Origin: Candidatus Micrarchaeota archaeon
GTDB taxonomy: Archaea > Micrarchaeota > Micrarchaeia > Anstonellales > Bilamarchaeaceae
Assembly: GCA_037447235.1 (NCBI GenBank)
Contig: JBBIHC010000002.1
Coordinates: 5,951 to 69,950, forward strand
Direction: 5' to 3'
Length of the DNA: 64,000 nucleotides
Numbering within the stretch: position 1 is the first letter of the stretch; the number at the start of each line of letters is the position of its first letter. This document shows, piece by piece, positions 36,555 through 45,283 of this stretch. Both the position numbers and the translations under genes were made by a program. The notes under the pieces are model-generated. The model searched no databases. It worked only from the letters and a program-made list of their open reading frames with translations, and was not told the origin of the DNA.

Positions 36555-37289
36555 TCAGCCGTACATTCCTCTGCCGCCTGCAGTTTCATCAGCGGCCGGG
36601 CCGCGCCTTGATATCCTGGATTTTATTAGCGCCTCTTTTGTGCCCTTTGCTTCCTTGTCCAGCCGGGCGGTGTTTATCTCAACCCTGAGCAGTTTTGATA
36701 GCGCTCTCAGGACCCGCGAAGCGGCATCAGCGTCCAGATACTCTTCTGATGATTCGGCAAGCAGGGTAATGACCGGAAAGTTGTTCAGCACCCCTTTTGT
36801 CAGAAGCAGGCCGGTTACTCCTGTTGTCGCGCCCTCGCGAATCGGCTTTGCGACTTTTTTATCCGTTATATCCTTTGTCAGGCTTTTTTGGCTTGCGATT
36901 ACATAGACCTCGTTTTTCCCTTCTTTGAGCGATATCCCGCCAACGCTTATTATCCTCTGCGCCTTGGCTGATTTTGCAAATTCAAAGATTGCGTCTGCAA
37001 GCTGCGAAGCAAGCGATAGGGGCACCGACATTTCGGAGAGAATCAGTATTATGTTGTATTTTTCCGAATAGTGGAATCTGGCCGGCGGCATCGGCGTGTA
37101 ATCGTGAATTGCCGCCAACGGCGCGAATTCGTCGCTGGCTATGTAGCCGCCGAAATCAAGTTTCAGGGCATCAACCATATGCGCTGCCGCCACGCTTCCG
37201 ACCAGGCCGGTGCCTGGGAAACCGACTATGATGGTTGGCCTGTTCAGGTTCTCCATGCTTGCCGTCTTCTTGAATTCAACTGATGCCAT
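36555..37289 (-). CDS. PAC2-family proteasome assembly chaperone/activator, PbaB-like.
   Basis: The N-terminus carries the motif IIVGFPGTGLVGSVAAAHMV. The C-terminus ends ...GRGMYG, a HbYX-type (hydrophobic-Tyr-X) tail. Confidence 0.55.
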   Translation of the reverse strand: MASVEFKKTASMENLNRPTIIVGFPGTGLVGSVAAAHMVDALKLDFGGYIASDEFAPLAAIHDYTPMPPARFHYSEKYNIILILSEMSVPLSLASQLADAIFEFAKSAKAQRIISVGGISLKEGKNEVYVIASQKSLTKDITDKKVAKPIREGATTGVTGLLLTKGVLNNFPVITLLAESSEEYLDADAASRVLRALSKLLRVEINTARLDKEAKGTKEALIKSRISRRGPAADETAGGRGMYG

Positions 37290-37361
37290 GCTTTAATTCC
37301 ATAGTTTGCATTTAAAACTTTTTGCTTATTTTTAAATGCGCAAAATGAGAACAGGGTCAGC

Positions 37362-37871
37362 TCACTTTTTCTTCTTTGCGGCGGGCTGCGGGCCGGAAAA
37401 TTCCTCAGCCTCCAATTCCGGTTCTTCAGCCGGATTTTCGCCTTCTCCGGCAGGCGCGACAATTTTCTCCGTCTTCATTCTTTTTGCAATCTTTTGGGCC
37501 ATCTCGCGCTCCAGCTGTTCGCGCTTGTAGGAATCGTCCTCCAGCTTGCCGCGGCAATAATAGACGCCGGCAAAGAACATAAGCGCGGAGATCACCGCAA
37601 GAAGGGCCGGAAAGCCGATATACAGCGAGGGTAGAATGAGCGAGACAAATTCATCCTTGAGTTTGCCGAACTGGGGCGGGGGCGTGACTCCGCATTGCTG
37701 CAGTTTGGAATAGTCGTTTGTCGTGACAAAATTTACGATGGCGTTGATGATGTCGCTCGCGTATGATATGATCACATAGGCTGAACCGGCAATCACTATA
37801 ACCCCAAGCAATACGAAAAGATAGCTTATCAGCTTATATCTATTCATAAAAACCCCCATCATATCATTCAT
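37362..37871 (-). CDS. Membrane protein with an acidic C-terminal tail.
   Basis: Two TM helices, then EGENPAEEPELEAEEF...AAKKKK. Confidence 0.35.
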   Translation of the reverse strand: MNDMMGVFMNRYKLISYLFVLLGVIVIAGSAYVIISYASDIINAIVNFVTTNDYSKLQQCGVTPPPQFGKLKDEFVSLILPSLYIGFPALLAVISALMFFAGVYYCRGKLEDDSYKREQLEREMAQKIAKRMKTEKIVAPAGEGENPAEEPELEAEEFSGPQPAAKKKK

Positions 37872-37943
37872 TGTGAAGTAAAATAAACCTTTCTGTTGCT
37901 GCCGCCCAGTCTCAGGAGAGCGCTTATGGAAAATGCGCCGCGC

Positions 37944-38723
37944 CTATAAAAGCAAAGAAGGGAGGTCCTTTACCGAGGCGGCCACAATGTCCGGCTTCAG
38001 CCGGCTTTTTTTAATGTCTTTTTTCGTTGATATCCCGGTAAGCACGAGCACGGAAATCAAACCTGTCTTTTTTGCCAGCATTATGTCCGTGTCCATCGAA
38101 TCCCCCACGAGGGCTATCACGCTTTTTTTGAGCCCGTGGTCCTTTATCAGCCAGCTGATGAGCCTTGCTGCGGGTTTTCCTATCAATGTCGGCTTTTGCC
38201 CTGCCGCGGCTTCAACGGCACCGACGATTGCGCCTGCACCGGGCATGTTGCCTTTTTCCACCGGATAATCAGGGTCCTTGTTCGTTGCTATGAATTCAGC
38301 GCCTTTTTTGATGAGGATATACGCCTTTGCGATTTTTTCATATGTCACTCCCCTGTCAAGAGCCACGACCACCGCACGCGGCTTTTTGTCGTCAAAACGA
38401 AGGCCGATTTCCTCCATTTCCTTTATGACTTCCCTCTCGGCAACCGCGTAAAATCCGCTTCCTTTTCCGTATTTTTCAAGTATGTACCTTCCTGCCCCGT
38501 AGGCGCTGCTATAGATTTCTTCAGGCTTTGCGCCTATTCCCATCCTTTTAAGTTTTGCCGCCATCTGCCTTCTGCCGTTTGTGCTGGCATTTGACAGAAA
38601 AAATATCCCCGCTCCTTTCTTTCTAAGTGTTTTTATGCAATCTGGCGCGCCATCTATTGTTTTCTTTCCCCTGTAAAGCGTGCCGTCCAAATCAAAAATG
38701 ACCGCGCTGATGCGAGTGCCCAT
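37944..38723 (-). CDS. HAD-IIA family phosphatase (NagD/PNPPase-like).
   Basis: Motif I is VIFDLDGTLY, motif II is FLSNAST, and motif IV is LVGDSMDTDI. Confidence 0.7.
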   Translation of the reverse strand: MGTRISAVIFDLDGTLYRGKKTIDGAPDCIKTLRKKGAGIFFLSNASTNGRRQMAAKLKRMGIGAKPEEIYSSAYGAGRYILEKYGKGSGFYAVAEREVIKEMEEIGLRFDDKKPRAVVVALDRGVTYEKIAKAYILIKKGAEFIATNKDPDYPVEKGNMPGAGAIVGAVEAAAGQKPTLIGKPAARLISWLIKDHGLKKSVIALVGDSMDTDIMLAKKTGLISVLVLTGISTKKDIKKSRLKPDIVAASVKDLPSLLL

Positions 38724-38753
38724 ATTTTAATCTTTTCCCGTAAAAATAAAAAT

Positions 38754-39386
38754 ATGCGTGTTGTTTGCCTGTTTTCGGGCGGCAAGGACAGCACATACGC
38801 AGCGCAATGGGCGGTCCGGCAGGGCTACGAAACAGTTTTGCTGAACATAAGGCCAGAGCCGTACAGCATGATGTTCCACCACCAGAATGTCAAATGGACC
38901 GGAATGCAGGCAGAATCCATGGGGCTGGAATACCACTATGCTGAGGTCAATGAAAAAAACTGGGGGGCGGTGGTTGAAGACTGCCTGAAAAGCCTGGATG
39001 CCGGGGCTCTGGTGAGCGGCGCGGTTGCAAGCAATTACCAAAAAACAAGGCTGGATAAAATCGCAGGGCGGCTTGGCATAAAAAGCCACGCGCCCCTATG
39101 GCACGCCGGCAGGGAAGTGTTTGCCGAAATGGTAGGTACGATGGAGATATACATAACCGGGGTGTCCGCGGCAGGGATGACAAAAGATATGCTCGGCAGG
39201 CGGCTGGGGGCAGATTTTGTTCATCCAGAATATGTCCATCTTTTTTTTGAGGGTGGCGAGGCGGAAACTTTCGTTGCCGATGCGCCTTTGTTCAAGAAAA
39301 GGATACTCATAGAAAAATGGGATATCAGCTGGGACGGGGTGCGGGGAAGCGCTGAGATAAAATCCGCAAGGCTGGTTGGTAAATAA
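38754..39386 (+). CDS. PP-loop ATP pyrophosphatase, a diphthine-ammonia ligase (Dph6)/MJ0570-like protein.
   Basis: VVCLFSGGKDSTYAA is the PP-loop of the alpha_ANH_like_IV family. The 210-aa length fits. Confidence 0.55.
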   Translation: MRVVCLFSGGKDSTYAAQWAVRQGYETVLLNIRPEPYSMMFHHQNVKWTGMQAESMGLEYHYAEVNEKNWGAVVEDCLKSLDAGALVSGAVASNYQKTRLDKIAGRLGIKSHAPLWHAGREVFAEMVGTMEIYITGVSAAGMTKDMLGRRLGADFVHPEYVHLFFEGGEAETFVADAPLFKKRILIEKWDISWDGVRGSAEIKSARLVGK

Positions 39387-39404
39387 CGGATTTGACACGC
39401 GTTT

Positions 39405-40382
39405 TTATGCTATCTTCGCCTTTTTTTCTCCGCAACTCACCACAACGCCCTTTTCAGAAGTTATCTTGCCCATGATTTCGGCATTTGTATCGTATTTTTT
39501 TGCTATGTTGATGATGGTTCCTGCCCTGTCCTCCGGCAGTATCACCACCATTCCGACGCCCATGTTGAATGTTTTTGCCATATTCTCAAATTCAACATGT
39601 TTTGACAGTTCATTGAATATGCCTTCTGGCTTTGGCAATTCTATGTGATAACCGGCATTGGAGTTGAGTCGCATGAGTTTTGAAAATGCGCCGCCGGTTA
39701 TGTGCGCTATTCCGTGAATGTCGCACACATCTATCATCTCAAGCACGGCGTTTACATAAATCCTTGTCGGTTTCAGCATTTCCTCCTTCCATTCTTTCGA
39801 GGTCAGGACTTTTCTGGCCAGCGTGTATCCATTGCTGTGAAGGCCGCTGCTCTCAAGCCCTATTATCACATCATTGGCTGTTATGTCGTTTCCGTATATC
39901 TGCTTCTTTATCCTGCCAACAACGGTAAAAGCAAGGTCGAAAGGTTTCGCCCCGCCTTTTATTATGTCCGGCATTATGGCGGTTTCTCCGCCGACAATTG
40001 CGCAGTTGCTTTCCTCTGCGCCTTTCACAAGGCCCTTCGTTATCTCTTCCACAAGCACGGCATCCTCGTTTGCCAGCGCCAGATAATCTACGCCGACCAG
40101 CGGCTCCCCGCCAACGCAGACGATGTCATTCACTGACATTGCCACGGCGTCTATGCCTATGGTGTCATATCTTTCAAGCTCCTGTGCGACAAGCACTTTC
40201 GTGCCGACGCCATCCGTGTGTATGACAAGCACATCGTTTCCGCAGCGAAACACGCCTCCGTAATGGCCGAAGACAGGCAGCGGCTCGCCGAACCCTTTTC
40301 TGAAAGAAAAAGTTTTCTTTATGCCCTCCCAGATGCTGCCGTGCATTTTTTTCACTTTGGAGAGGTCTATTTGATACTCCAT
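39405..40382 (-). CDS. purM: Phosphoribosylformylglycinamidine cyclo-ligase (AIR synthetase).
   Basis: GHYGGVFRCGNDVLVIHTDGVGTKVLVA is the PurM N-domain signature. The length is 325 aa. Confidence 0.75.
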   Translation of the reverse strand: MEYQIDLSKVKKMHGSIWEGIKKTFSFRKGFGEPLPVFGHYGGVFRCGNDVLVIHTDGVGTKVLVAQELERYDTIGIDAVAMSVNDIVCVGGEPLVGVDYLALANEDAVLVEEITKGLVKGAEESNCAIVGGETAIMPDIIKGGAKPFDLAFTVVGRIKKQIYGNDITANDVIIGLESSGLHSNGYTLARKVLTSKEWKEEMLKPTRIYVNAVLEMIDVCDIHGIAHITGGAFSKLMRLNSNAGYHIELPKPEGIFNELSKHVEFENMAKTFNMGVGMVVILPEDRAGTIINIAKKYDTNAEIMGKITSEKGVVVSCGEKKAKIA

Positions 40383-40434
40383 GTTTTTTAGTGCATACTA
40401 AAAATATTTAATAATGTTGTTTGTTTAAGTACCT

Positions 40435-40887
40435 TTGGTGCTTATGAGGGTTTATTCATTTGCCGAGTTTGCCGGGAGGGTGCTGGCTGCCGCAAAAAAT
40501 GGAGGGCTTGGCCAGAAAGACCTGAAAAAACTCGAGAGGCTTCTGGTGAAAGACGGAAAAAGGAACAAGGTGCTGGCGAGCGGTCTTGTTTCGGCAATGA
40601 GGGTCGGCGGCACCAAAGAGGTAAAGAAACTCGGGCAGATATTCGAGCGGGCAAGCGAGCGGATAGCCGCCGGAAAGCCGCCGTTTACCGAAACAGAAGC
40701 CGCATTTCTCCGTTCCACGCTGAAAAATGCCGGCATTTCGGAGAAGACCGCACGATGGGTGCGAAGGAATGTTGATGAGCTGCTGGCAGACGAAATAAAG
40801 GAATTTGCAGAAGAGGGGGTTGTCGGCACAAGCGTCGTGCCGACCAAAAAAACCTGGGAAGGAAAGAAAAAACTCGCCTTAAGGTGA
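40435..40887 (+). CDS. Hypothetical basic protein.
   Basis: A 150-aa, Lys/Arg-rich helical protein. Its stop lies 4 nt before the next gene. Confidence 0.35.
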   Translation: MVLMRVYSFAEFAGRVLAAAKNGGLGQKDLKKLERLLVKDGKRNKVLASGLVSAMRVGGTKEVKKLGQIFERASERIAAGKPPFTETEAAFLRSTLKNAGISEKTARWVRRNVDELLADEIKEFAEEGVVGTSVVPTKKTWEGKKKLALR

Positions 40888-40891
40888 GGGC

Positions 40892-41398
40892 TTGAAGATA
40901 AAACTGACGCCGGAGCTTGCCTATGTCATCGGGCTCTGGAGAAAAAGGCGCTCTTTTGAGGGGCTTGGCATACACGCTGAGCAGAAGCTTTTGGAAATTT
41001 TCTCGCAACAGGTGCTTGCCCAGAAACTCACGGCGCCGGAAAAACTCCTTGCGGACGGCAAGAGGGTGTATTTTTACCATACCGCATACAAGAAATTTTT
41101 TGGCGAGGTTGAAAAGGAGCAGCTTGAGAGGTTCAAGTACCTAAACGAGTATGCCGCCAATTATCTGGCCGGCCTTTTTGACGCAGTGGGCGAAATTGAC
41201 GAAAAGGGCGTTGTTTCCCTTTCCAAGCTTAACAGCGAAGACGAACTCATGCTGCTGCGCCTTGGATTCAAGACAAAAAGAAAAAAGGAAAAGTGCATAA
41301 TAGAGAAGCCGCTGGTATTTCTGGCATTCATAAAAAACTATGTAAGGGCCTCAAAGGACCAGAAGGCATTTGATTTGATTGAAAAATTAAGAAAATAG
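40892..41398 (+). CDS. Free-standing LAGLIDADG-type homing-endonuclease-like protein.
   Basis: It has two LAGLIDADG-like helices, LAYVIGLWRKRRSFEG and NYLAGLFDAVGEIDEKG. The start is TTG. It is not embedded in an intron or intein. Confidence 0.5.
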   Translation: MKIKLTPELAYVIGLWRKRRSFEGLGIHAEQKLLEIFSQQVLAQKLTAPEKLLADGKRVYFYHTAYKKFFGEVEKEQLERFKYLNEYAANYLAGLFDAVGEIDEKGVVSLSKLNSEDELMLLRLGFKTKRKKEKCIIEKPLVFLAFIKNYVRASKDQKAFDLIEKLRK

Positions 41399-41409
41399 GG
41401 AGGGCAGGG

Positions 41410-41523
41410 CTAGAGCTCGCCCACTCTTCGTTTTATCTTTCTCTTCAATCTTCTTCTCTTTTTCTTTACCCACTTCCAGCGCATCTTGTTCTTCTTTTTC
41501 CATTTTCGCGGCTTTGAACCCAT
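41410..41523 (-). CDS. rpl41e: Ribosomal protein eL41 (L41e). This small ORF is absent from the ORF track.
   Basis: The minus-strand translation is MGSKPRKWKKKNKMRWKWVKKKRRRLKRKIKRRVGEL. The core MRWKWVKKKRRRLKRKIKRR closely matches the eukaryotic eL41 [25 protein letters not shown]. An SD-like GGGGGAT lies upstream of ATG 41523. The internal Met at 41484 is an alternative start. Confidence 0.6.
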   Translation of the reverse strand: MGSKPRKWKKKNKMRWKWVKKKRRRLKRKIKRRVGEL

Positions 41524-41597
41524 CTTATCCCCCGCAATAAACGCAATATGGTAGTGACACTATTGTTTGGCACATTTTTAAAAGTATGCTGGCTTGT

Positions 41598-41837
41598 TCA
41601 TTTTTTTCTTTCGGTGATAAGCAGGCCGTCTATTATGCCGTAGGCATAATTGGCAGCCCCGAAGCCGCTGAAATAGTCGCCGGTTGCCAGAAAGTGCTCG
41701 GCATCGCTTAGATAGTTTTTTGCCCACTCATAAGCTTCCTTGTATTTCCTTTCCAGGCCGGCTTCCCTGAATTCCCCCAATATGCGTTTTAGTTTTTCCA
41801 CATCCTTTTCAGCCCGTTCTTTTTGGTCCATGGCAGG
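41598..41837 (-). CDS. Hypothetical small protein.
   Basis: Taking the start at the internal Met (MPAMDQKER...) avoids overlap with the Lhr 3' end. The conserved-looking GDYFSGFGAANYAYGIIDG motif is present. Confidence 0.35.
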   Translation of the reverse strand, partial: PAMDQKERAEKDVEKLKRILGEFREAGLERKYKEAYEWAKNYLSDAEHFLATGDYFSGFGAANYAYGIIDGLLITERKK

Positions 41838-41844
41838 CATCACC

Positions 41845-44415
41845 TCATATCTTCCAGTATTTTTTTGTCTTAACAAAATTTTTCTGCGCTTCAATCAGGT
41901 CAAGGTAAAACGCCTCCTCGCTTTTGTGCAGGCGGCGAAGGATCCTTTTTGCCGTTTTCACGCCTATTCCGTAAACCGCGAGCGCAACAAGCGCCTTTTT
42001 CCCGTAATTTCTTATCAGCTCTGCGCTTGTTTCGGTTTCCTCAGCCGATTTGCTTTTCAGCCCGAGCGATTTTTTCCCGCAGCGCGGGCATCTGAATTCC
42101 TCCTCCGCGCCGCCCAGATAGACGAACCTTGTTGCGCTGCATTCAAGGCAGACGAGCTCCATTGTTTTTGAAAGCGCCCTCTCTTTCATCGCGGCGATTA
42201 TTCTTTCCCTGGGCTCAAAGATTCCTATCGCCTCTCTCGCGGATACCCTGTTAATGCCGATTAGTGCAAAGAAGCTCGGTTCTTTCCGCTCGTCAAGCAG
42301 AAACGCGACCTCCTTTTTTCTGATCCTGTCAAGCAATTTTTGCGCGCCGTCGGCATCAAAATACCTGAAGAATACCGAGCGGAGCGTTTCCTCGTAGATA
42401 ACAGAATACCTGAGCGCATCTATCAGCCTGTGGCTTGCCGCCGCATCTTCCTCTATCAGCCCGAACATCCTGGCGACATGGCTGAACTTGAACTTAAGCA
42501 GGTTGGACTTGACAAGGCTCTCTTCAAGCTTTCTTCTTGCATTCCCGCAACCCAGGAGGATCTCATTCAGTTTTTTTGGGTCAAGCGGGTACGGCAGTTT
42601 TATCATTATGCGGTACGGGTCAGCCACTGCGCGCACGCTTTCCCCGATTCTTTCAGATATCGCGTATGCGAATATCCGCCCGAGCGTTTCGTTTATCCTG
42701 CTCCCGAAGCACGAATGTACGACCACTATCTCCCCTATGGCTTCGGTGATTATCGTTTTGTCGTCCGGGATTGGCCGCTCTTTTCTTCTTAACCTCCTCA
42801 ACGCCCCTGCCTGTTGGGCAACTTCTTCGTCAACAGGTATGTCTTCCCCGACCCAGGATGGTATCACTATGTCAATTGCGGTTCCGGGCGTTGCTTTTAC
42901 CTCCTCATCGTTTATGTCAAGAACTTCCCAGACCTGGCCCTTGGAGAGGAAGTTGTCCCCGACCGCCAGATTGCCCACGAATTCCTCGTCAAGTGACGCT
43001 ATTCTCCTGTTTGAGGCGGAGTCAACAAGCAAAAATTTCTTGGTTTTGGGGATGGTGCTGAGGTATTTGTAATAATAATCCCTTGCCCTGTTCCTTATTT
43101 TCAATGTTCCGTCCTGGTTGAAAAACAGCAGGTCTTCGGCGTGAAGCTGCAGCAATACCGCTTTGAGCTTGTCAATGCCTATTCCGTAAGCAGCTGACTT
43201 GCCCAATATTTCGTCAATTTTCTCAAAGTGCATCCTGTAGTTTTCGAGAAGAAGCCCTATCGCCTGATGCGCGATGACATCCAGCGCCCCCCTCTCAATG
43301 CTCTTTTTTTCCATCCAGCCGTTTCCGGCAAGCGAGACTATCGCTTCCGCTTCAAGGTAATCGTCAAAATCCGTTGGGAAAAGCACGCCGCGCGGCACTG
43401 CCTTTACTGAGTGGCCGGAACGGCCTACGCGCTGTATCAGCCTGAAAACCTGCCGCGGCGAGCCGTACTGCACTACAAGTTCAACATCGCCTATGTCTAT
43501 GCCGAGTTCAAGCGAGGAAGTGCAGACCAGCGATTTTATGCTGCCGCTCTTGAAGCCGTCTTCCGCTGCTATCCTGACCTCTTTTGACAGCGAGCCGTGA
43601 TGGACCTCAACCGGCGCGCCGCTGCTCTTGAGCCAGTTTCCGACTTCCTCGGCAGTGCTGCGCGTGTTTACGAAGAGCAGCGCGCGTTTGCTTTCCACGA
43701 GCTTCTTTATTTTCTGCAGCCTTTTCTCGCGGTCGGTTTCATAGACTATATCGAACTCGAATTTCTTTTTTGCGTCCGTCTCGGCGACTACATAATCCCT
43801 CTTCCCGAAAAGAAGCTCCGCGCCCTCGTGCGGGTTGGGCAGCGTGGCGCTTATCCCTATCCTGCTGAACGAGGCGGCCATCGCAAGGCGCTCCAGGGAG
43901 AGCGAAAGCTGCGCCCCTCTTTTGTTGTCCAGGATGTCGTGCAGTTCGTCAACTATCACGTATTTAACATTTCTAAGATGCCTTCTCATTACAGGGGCGA
44001 CGAGCAGCGCCTGGAGCGATTCTATGGTGGTCAGGACTATCTGCGGCGGATTTTTCCTCTGCCTTGCCCTTTCCGAAATCGTGGTGTCGCCGTGCCTGAT
44101 GTCGCTGCTGATGCCGTAAATCGAGCACCATTCCTTGAAGCGCTTCAGGAGGTCCCTGTTCAGGCTTCTCAGCGGGGTTATGTACAGGGCCGCGATGCCA
44201 TTCTGTTTCCTGATGCCTGACAGCACCGGCAGGAGGGCGGCTTCTGTCTTGCCGTAACCGGTCGGCGCTATGATTAGTATGTTTTTGCCGGCGGCTATCT
44301 CCGGAATCGCCTTTTCCTGTATGTCGGTCAAGGAGCCGAATCGCTGGGAGAGCAGCTCTGCTGGGCTTTTGTCCATAATCATTTTTTGGAAAATCGCCTT
44401 ATTATTTCTTCCCAT
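41845..44415 (-). CDS. lhr: Lhr-family large ATP-dependent helicase (DExH) with a C-terminal zinc ribbon.
   Basis: Motif I is IIAPTGYGKTEAAL, motif II is VIVDELHDIL and motif III is GISATLPN. The C-terminus carries CLECSATRF...CPRCGKK. The true start may be an internal Met near 44376-44382. Confidence 0.75.
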   Translation of the reverse strand: MGRNNKAIFQKMIMDKSPAELLSQRFGSLTDIQEKAIPEIAAGKNILIIAPTGYGKTEAALLPVLSGIRKQNGIAALYITPLRSLNRDLLKRFKEWCSIYGISSDIRHGDTTISERARQRKNPPQIVLTTIESLQALLVAPVMRRHLRNVKYVIVDELHDILDNKRGAQLSLSLERLAMAASFSRIGISATLPNPHEGAELLFGKRDYVVAETDAKKKFEFDIVYETDREKRLQKIKKLVESKRALLFVNTRSTAEEVGNWLKSSGAPVEVHHGSLSKEVRIAAEDGFKSGSIKSLVCTSSLELGIDIGDVELVVQYGSPRQVFRLIQRVGRSGHSVKAVPRGVLFPTDFDDYLEAEAIVSLAGNGWMEKKSIERGALDVIAHQAIGLLLENYRMHFEKIDEILGKSAAYGIGIDKLKAVLLQLHAEDLLFFNQDGTLKIRNRARDYYYKYLSTIPKTKKFLLVDSASNRRIASLDEEFVGNLAVGDNFLSKGQVWEVLDINDEEVKATPGTAIDIVIPSWVGEDIPVDEEVAQQAGALRRLRRKERPIPDDKTIITEAIGEIVVVHSCFGSRINETLGRIFAYAISERIGESVRAVADPYRIMIKLPYPLDPKKLNEILLGCGNARRKLEESLVKSNLLKFKFSHVARMFGLIEEDAAASHRLIDALRYSVIYEETLRSVFFRYFDADGAQKLLDRIRKKEVAFLLDERKEPSFFALIGINRVSAREAIGIFEPRERIIAAMKERALSKTMELVCLECSATRFVYLGGAEEEFRCPRCGKKSLGLKSKSAEETETSAELIRNYGKKALVALAVYGIGVKTAKRILRRLHKSEEAFYLDLIEAQKNFVKTKKYWKI

Positions 44416-44633
44416 TCTTCCTTTTCTATATCAATATCCAATGTCTTGCGCCTTGATTTGAATCCTGACACTATGCGGACGCTGGCTCTCGTCAGCCTTT
44501 CCAGGCTTTTTATGAGCTCCGCGTTCGCCCTGTTCTTCTCTGCTTCTTCAGTCAGCCATATCCTTATCCTGCCGTCCTGCCGCGTTATGGCGAATCTGGG
44601 CGAGCGCGGCATTACCATGACATCAATCAGCAT
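44379..44633 (-). CDS. DUF167/YggU-family protein (UPF0235).
   Basis: The 84-aa protein has KNRANAELIKSLERLTRASVRIVSGFKSRRKTLDI, typical of DUF167. Confidence 0.55.
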   Translation of the reverse strand: MLIDVMVMPRSPRFAITRQDGRIRIWLTEEAEKNRANAELIKSLERLTRASVRIVSGFKSRRKTLDIDIEKEEWEEIIRRFSKK

Positions 44634-45276
44634 TGCCCATCGCTTCCATCAAAGTCTTTTCGTTGACGGGGCCCGCATAGGTTGTACCGCCTATTATCGT
44701 CGTCGGGTGGGTCTTCACGCCGTGCTTTTCCTCCAACGCCTCGACTATCGAACTGCCTATCCCGCCATCAAACGCATATATCCTTATCCTGTCTTTGTTT
44801 GGAAGGCCGTCCCTTGCCCTGAGTATGGCGTCCCCGGCTTGTTTGCAGTCCGTGCAGTTTTTGTTGTCATAAAAAAACATCACAATTGCATATTTGTCCC
44901 CGCACTTTTCATTTATCTTCTTTGCCAGCAAGTAAGACTGCGCCTGCAGTACCATGTAATCTTTTTTTACCTCGCCAGAGGAAAATCCGCGCTCTTCCTC
45001 CATCAGGTTTATCCTGTATCCGACTTCCTCCCGCTCAGCATCAAGATGCTGCAGCTCGGAGCGGTAAACCGGACAAAATGAGGTATCGTTTTCTTCAAGA
45101 AGCAGGAGCAGTTCAACCCCGAAAATGCGCTGGTTCAGCGAGGCGATGTTCCTGTCGATGGCGTTCATCGCGTCCTGGTTTATTATCGTTCCTACATAAA
45201 CCCCTGCTGAAAAAAGGGCCGCGGCAATGATAAACGCAAGCATATAAAGTTCAACCGATATCTTTCTTTCCATCAA
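44623..45276 (-). CDS. Membrane-anchored thioredoxin-fold protein.
   Basis: An N-terminal TM is followed by the CxxC motif NCTDC inside a Trx-like beta-alpha-beta segment (AIVMFFYDNKNCTDCKQA). Confidence 0.45.
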   Translation of the reverse strand: MMERKISVELYMLAFIIAAALFSAGVYVGTIINQDAMNAIDRNIASLNQRIFGVELLLLLEENDTSFCPVYRSELQHLDAEREEVGYRINLMEEERGFSSGEVKKDYMVLQAQSYLLAKKINEKCGDKYAIVMFFYDNKNCTDCKQAGDAILRARDGLPNKDRIRIYAFDGGIGSSIVEALEEKHGVKTHPTTIIGGTTYAGPVNEKTLMEAMGNAD

Positions 45277-45283
45277 GCCACCT

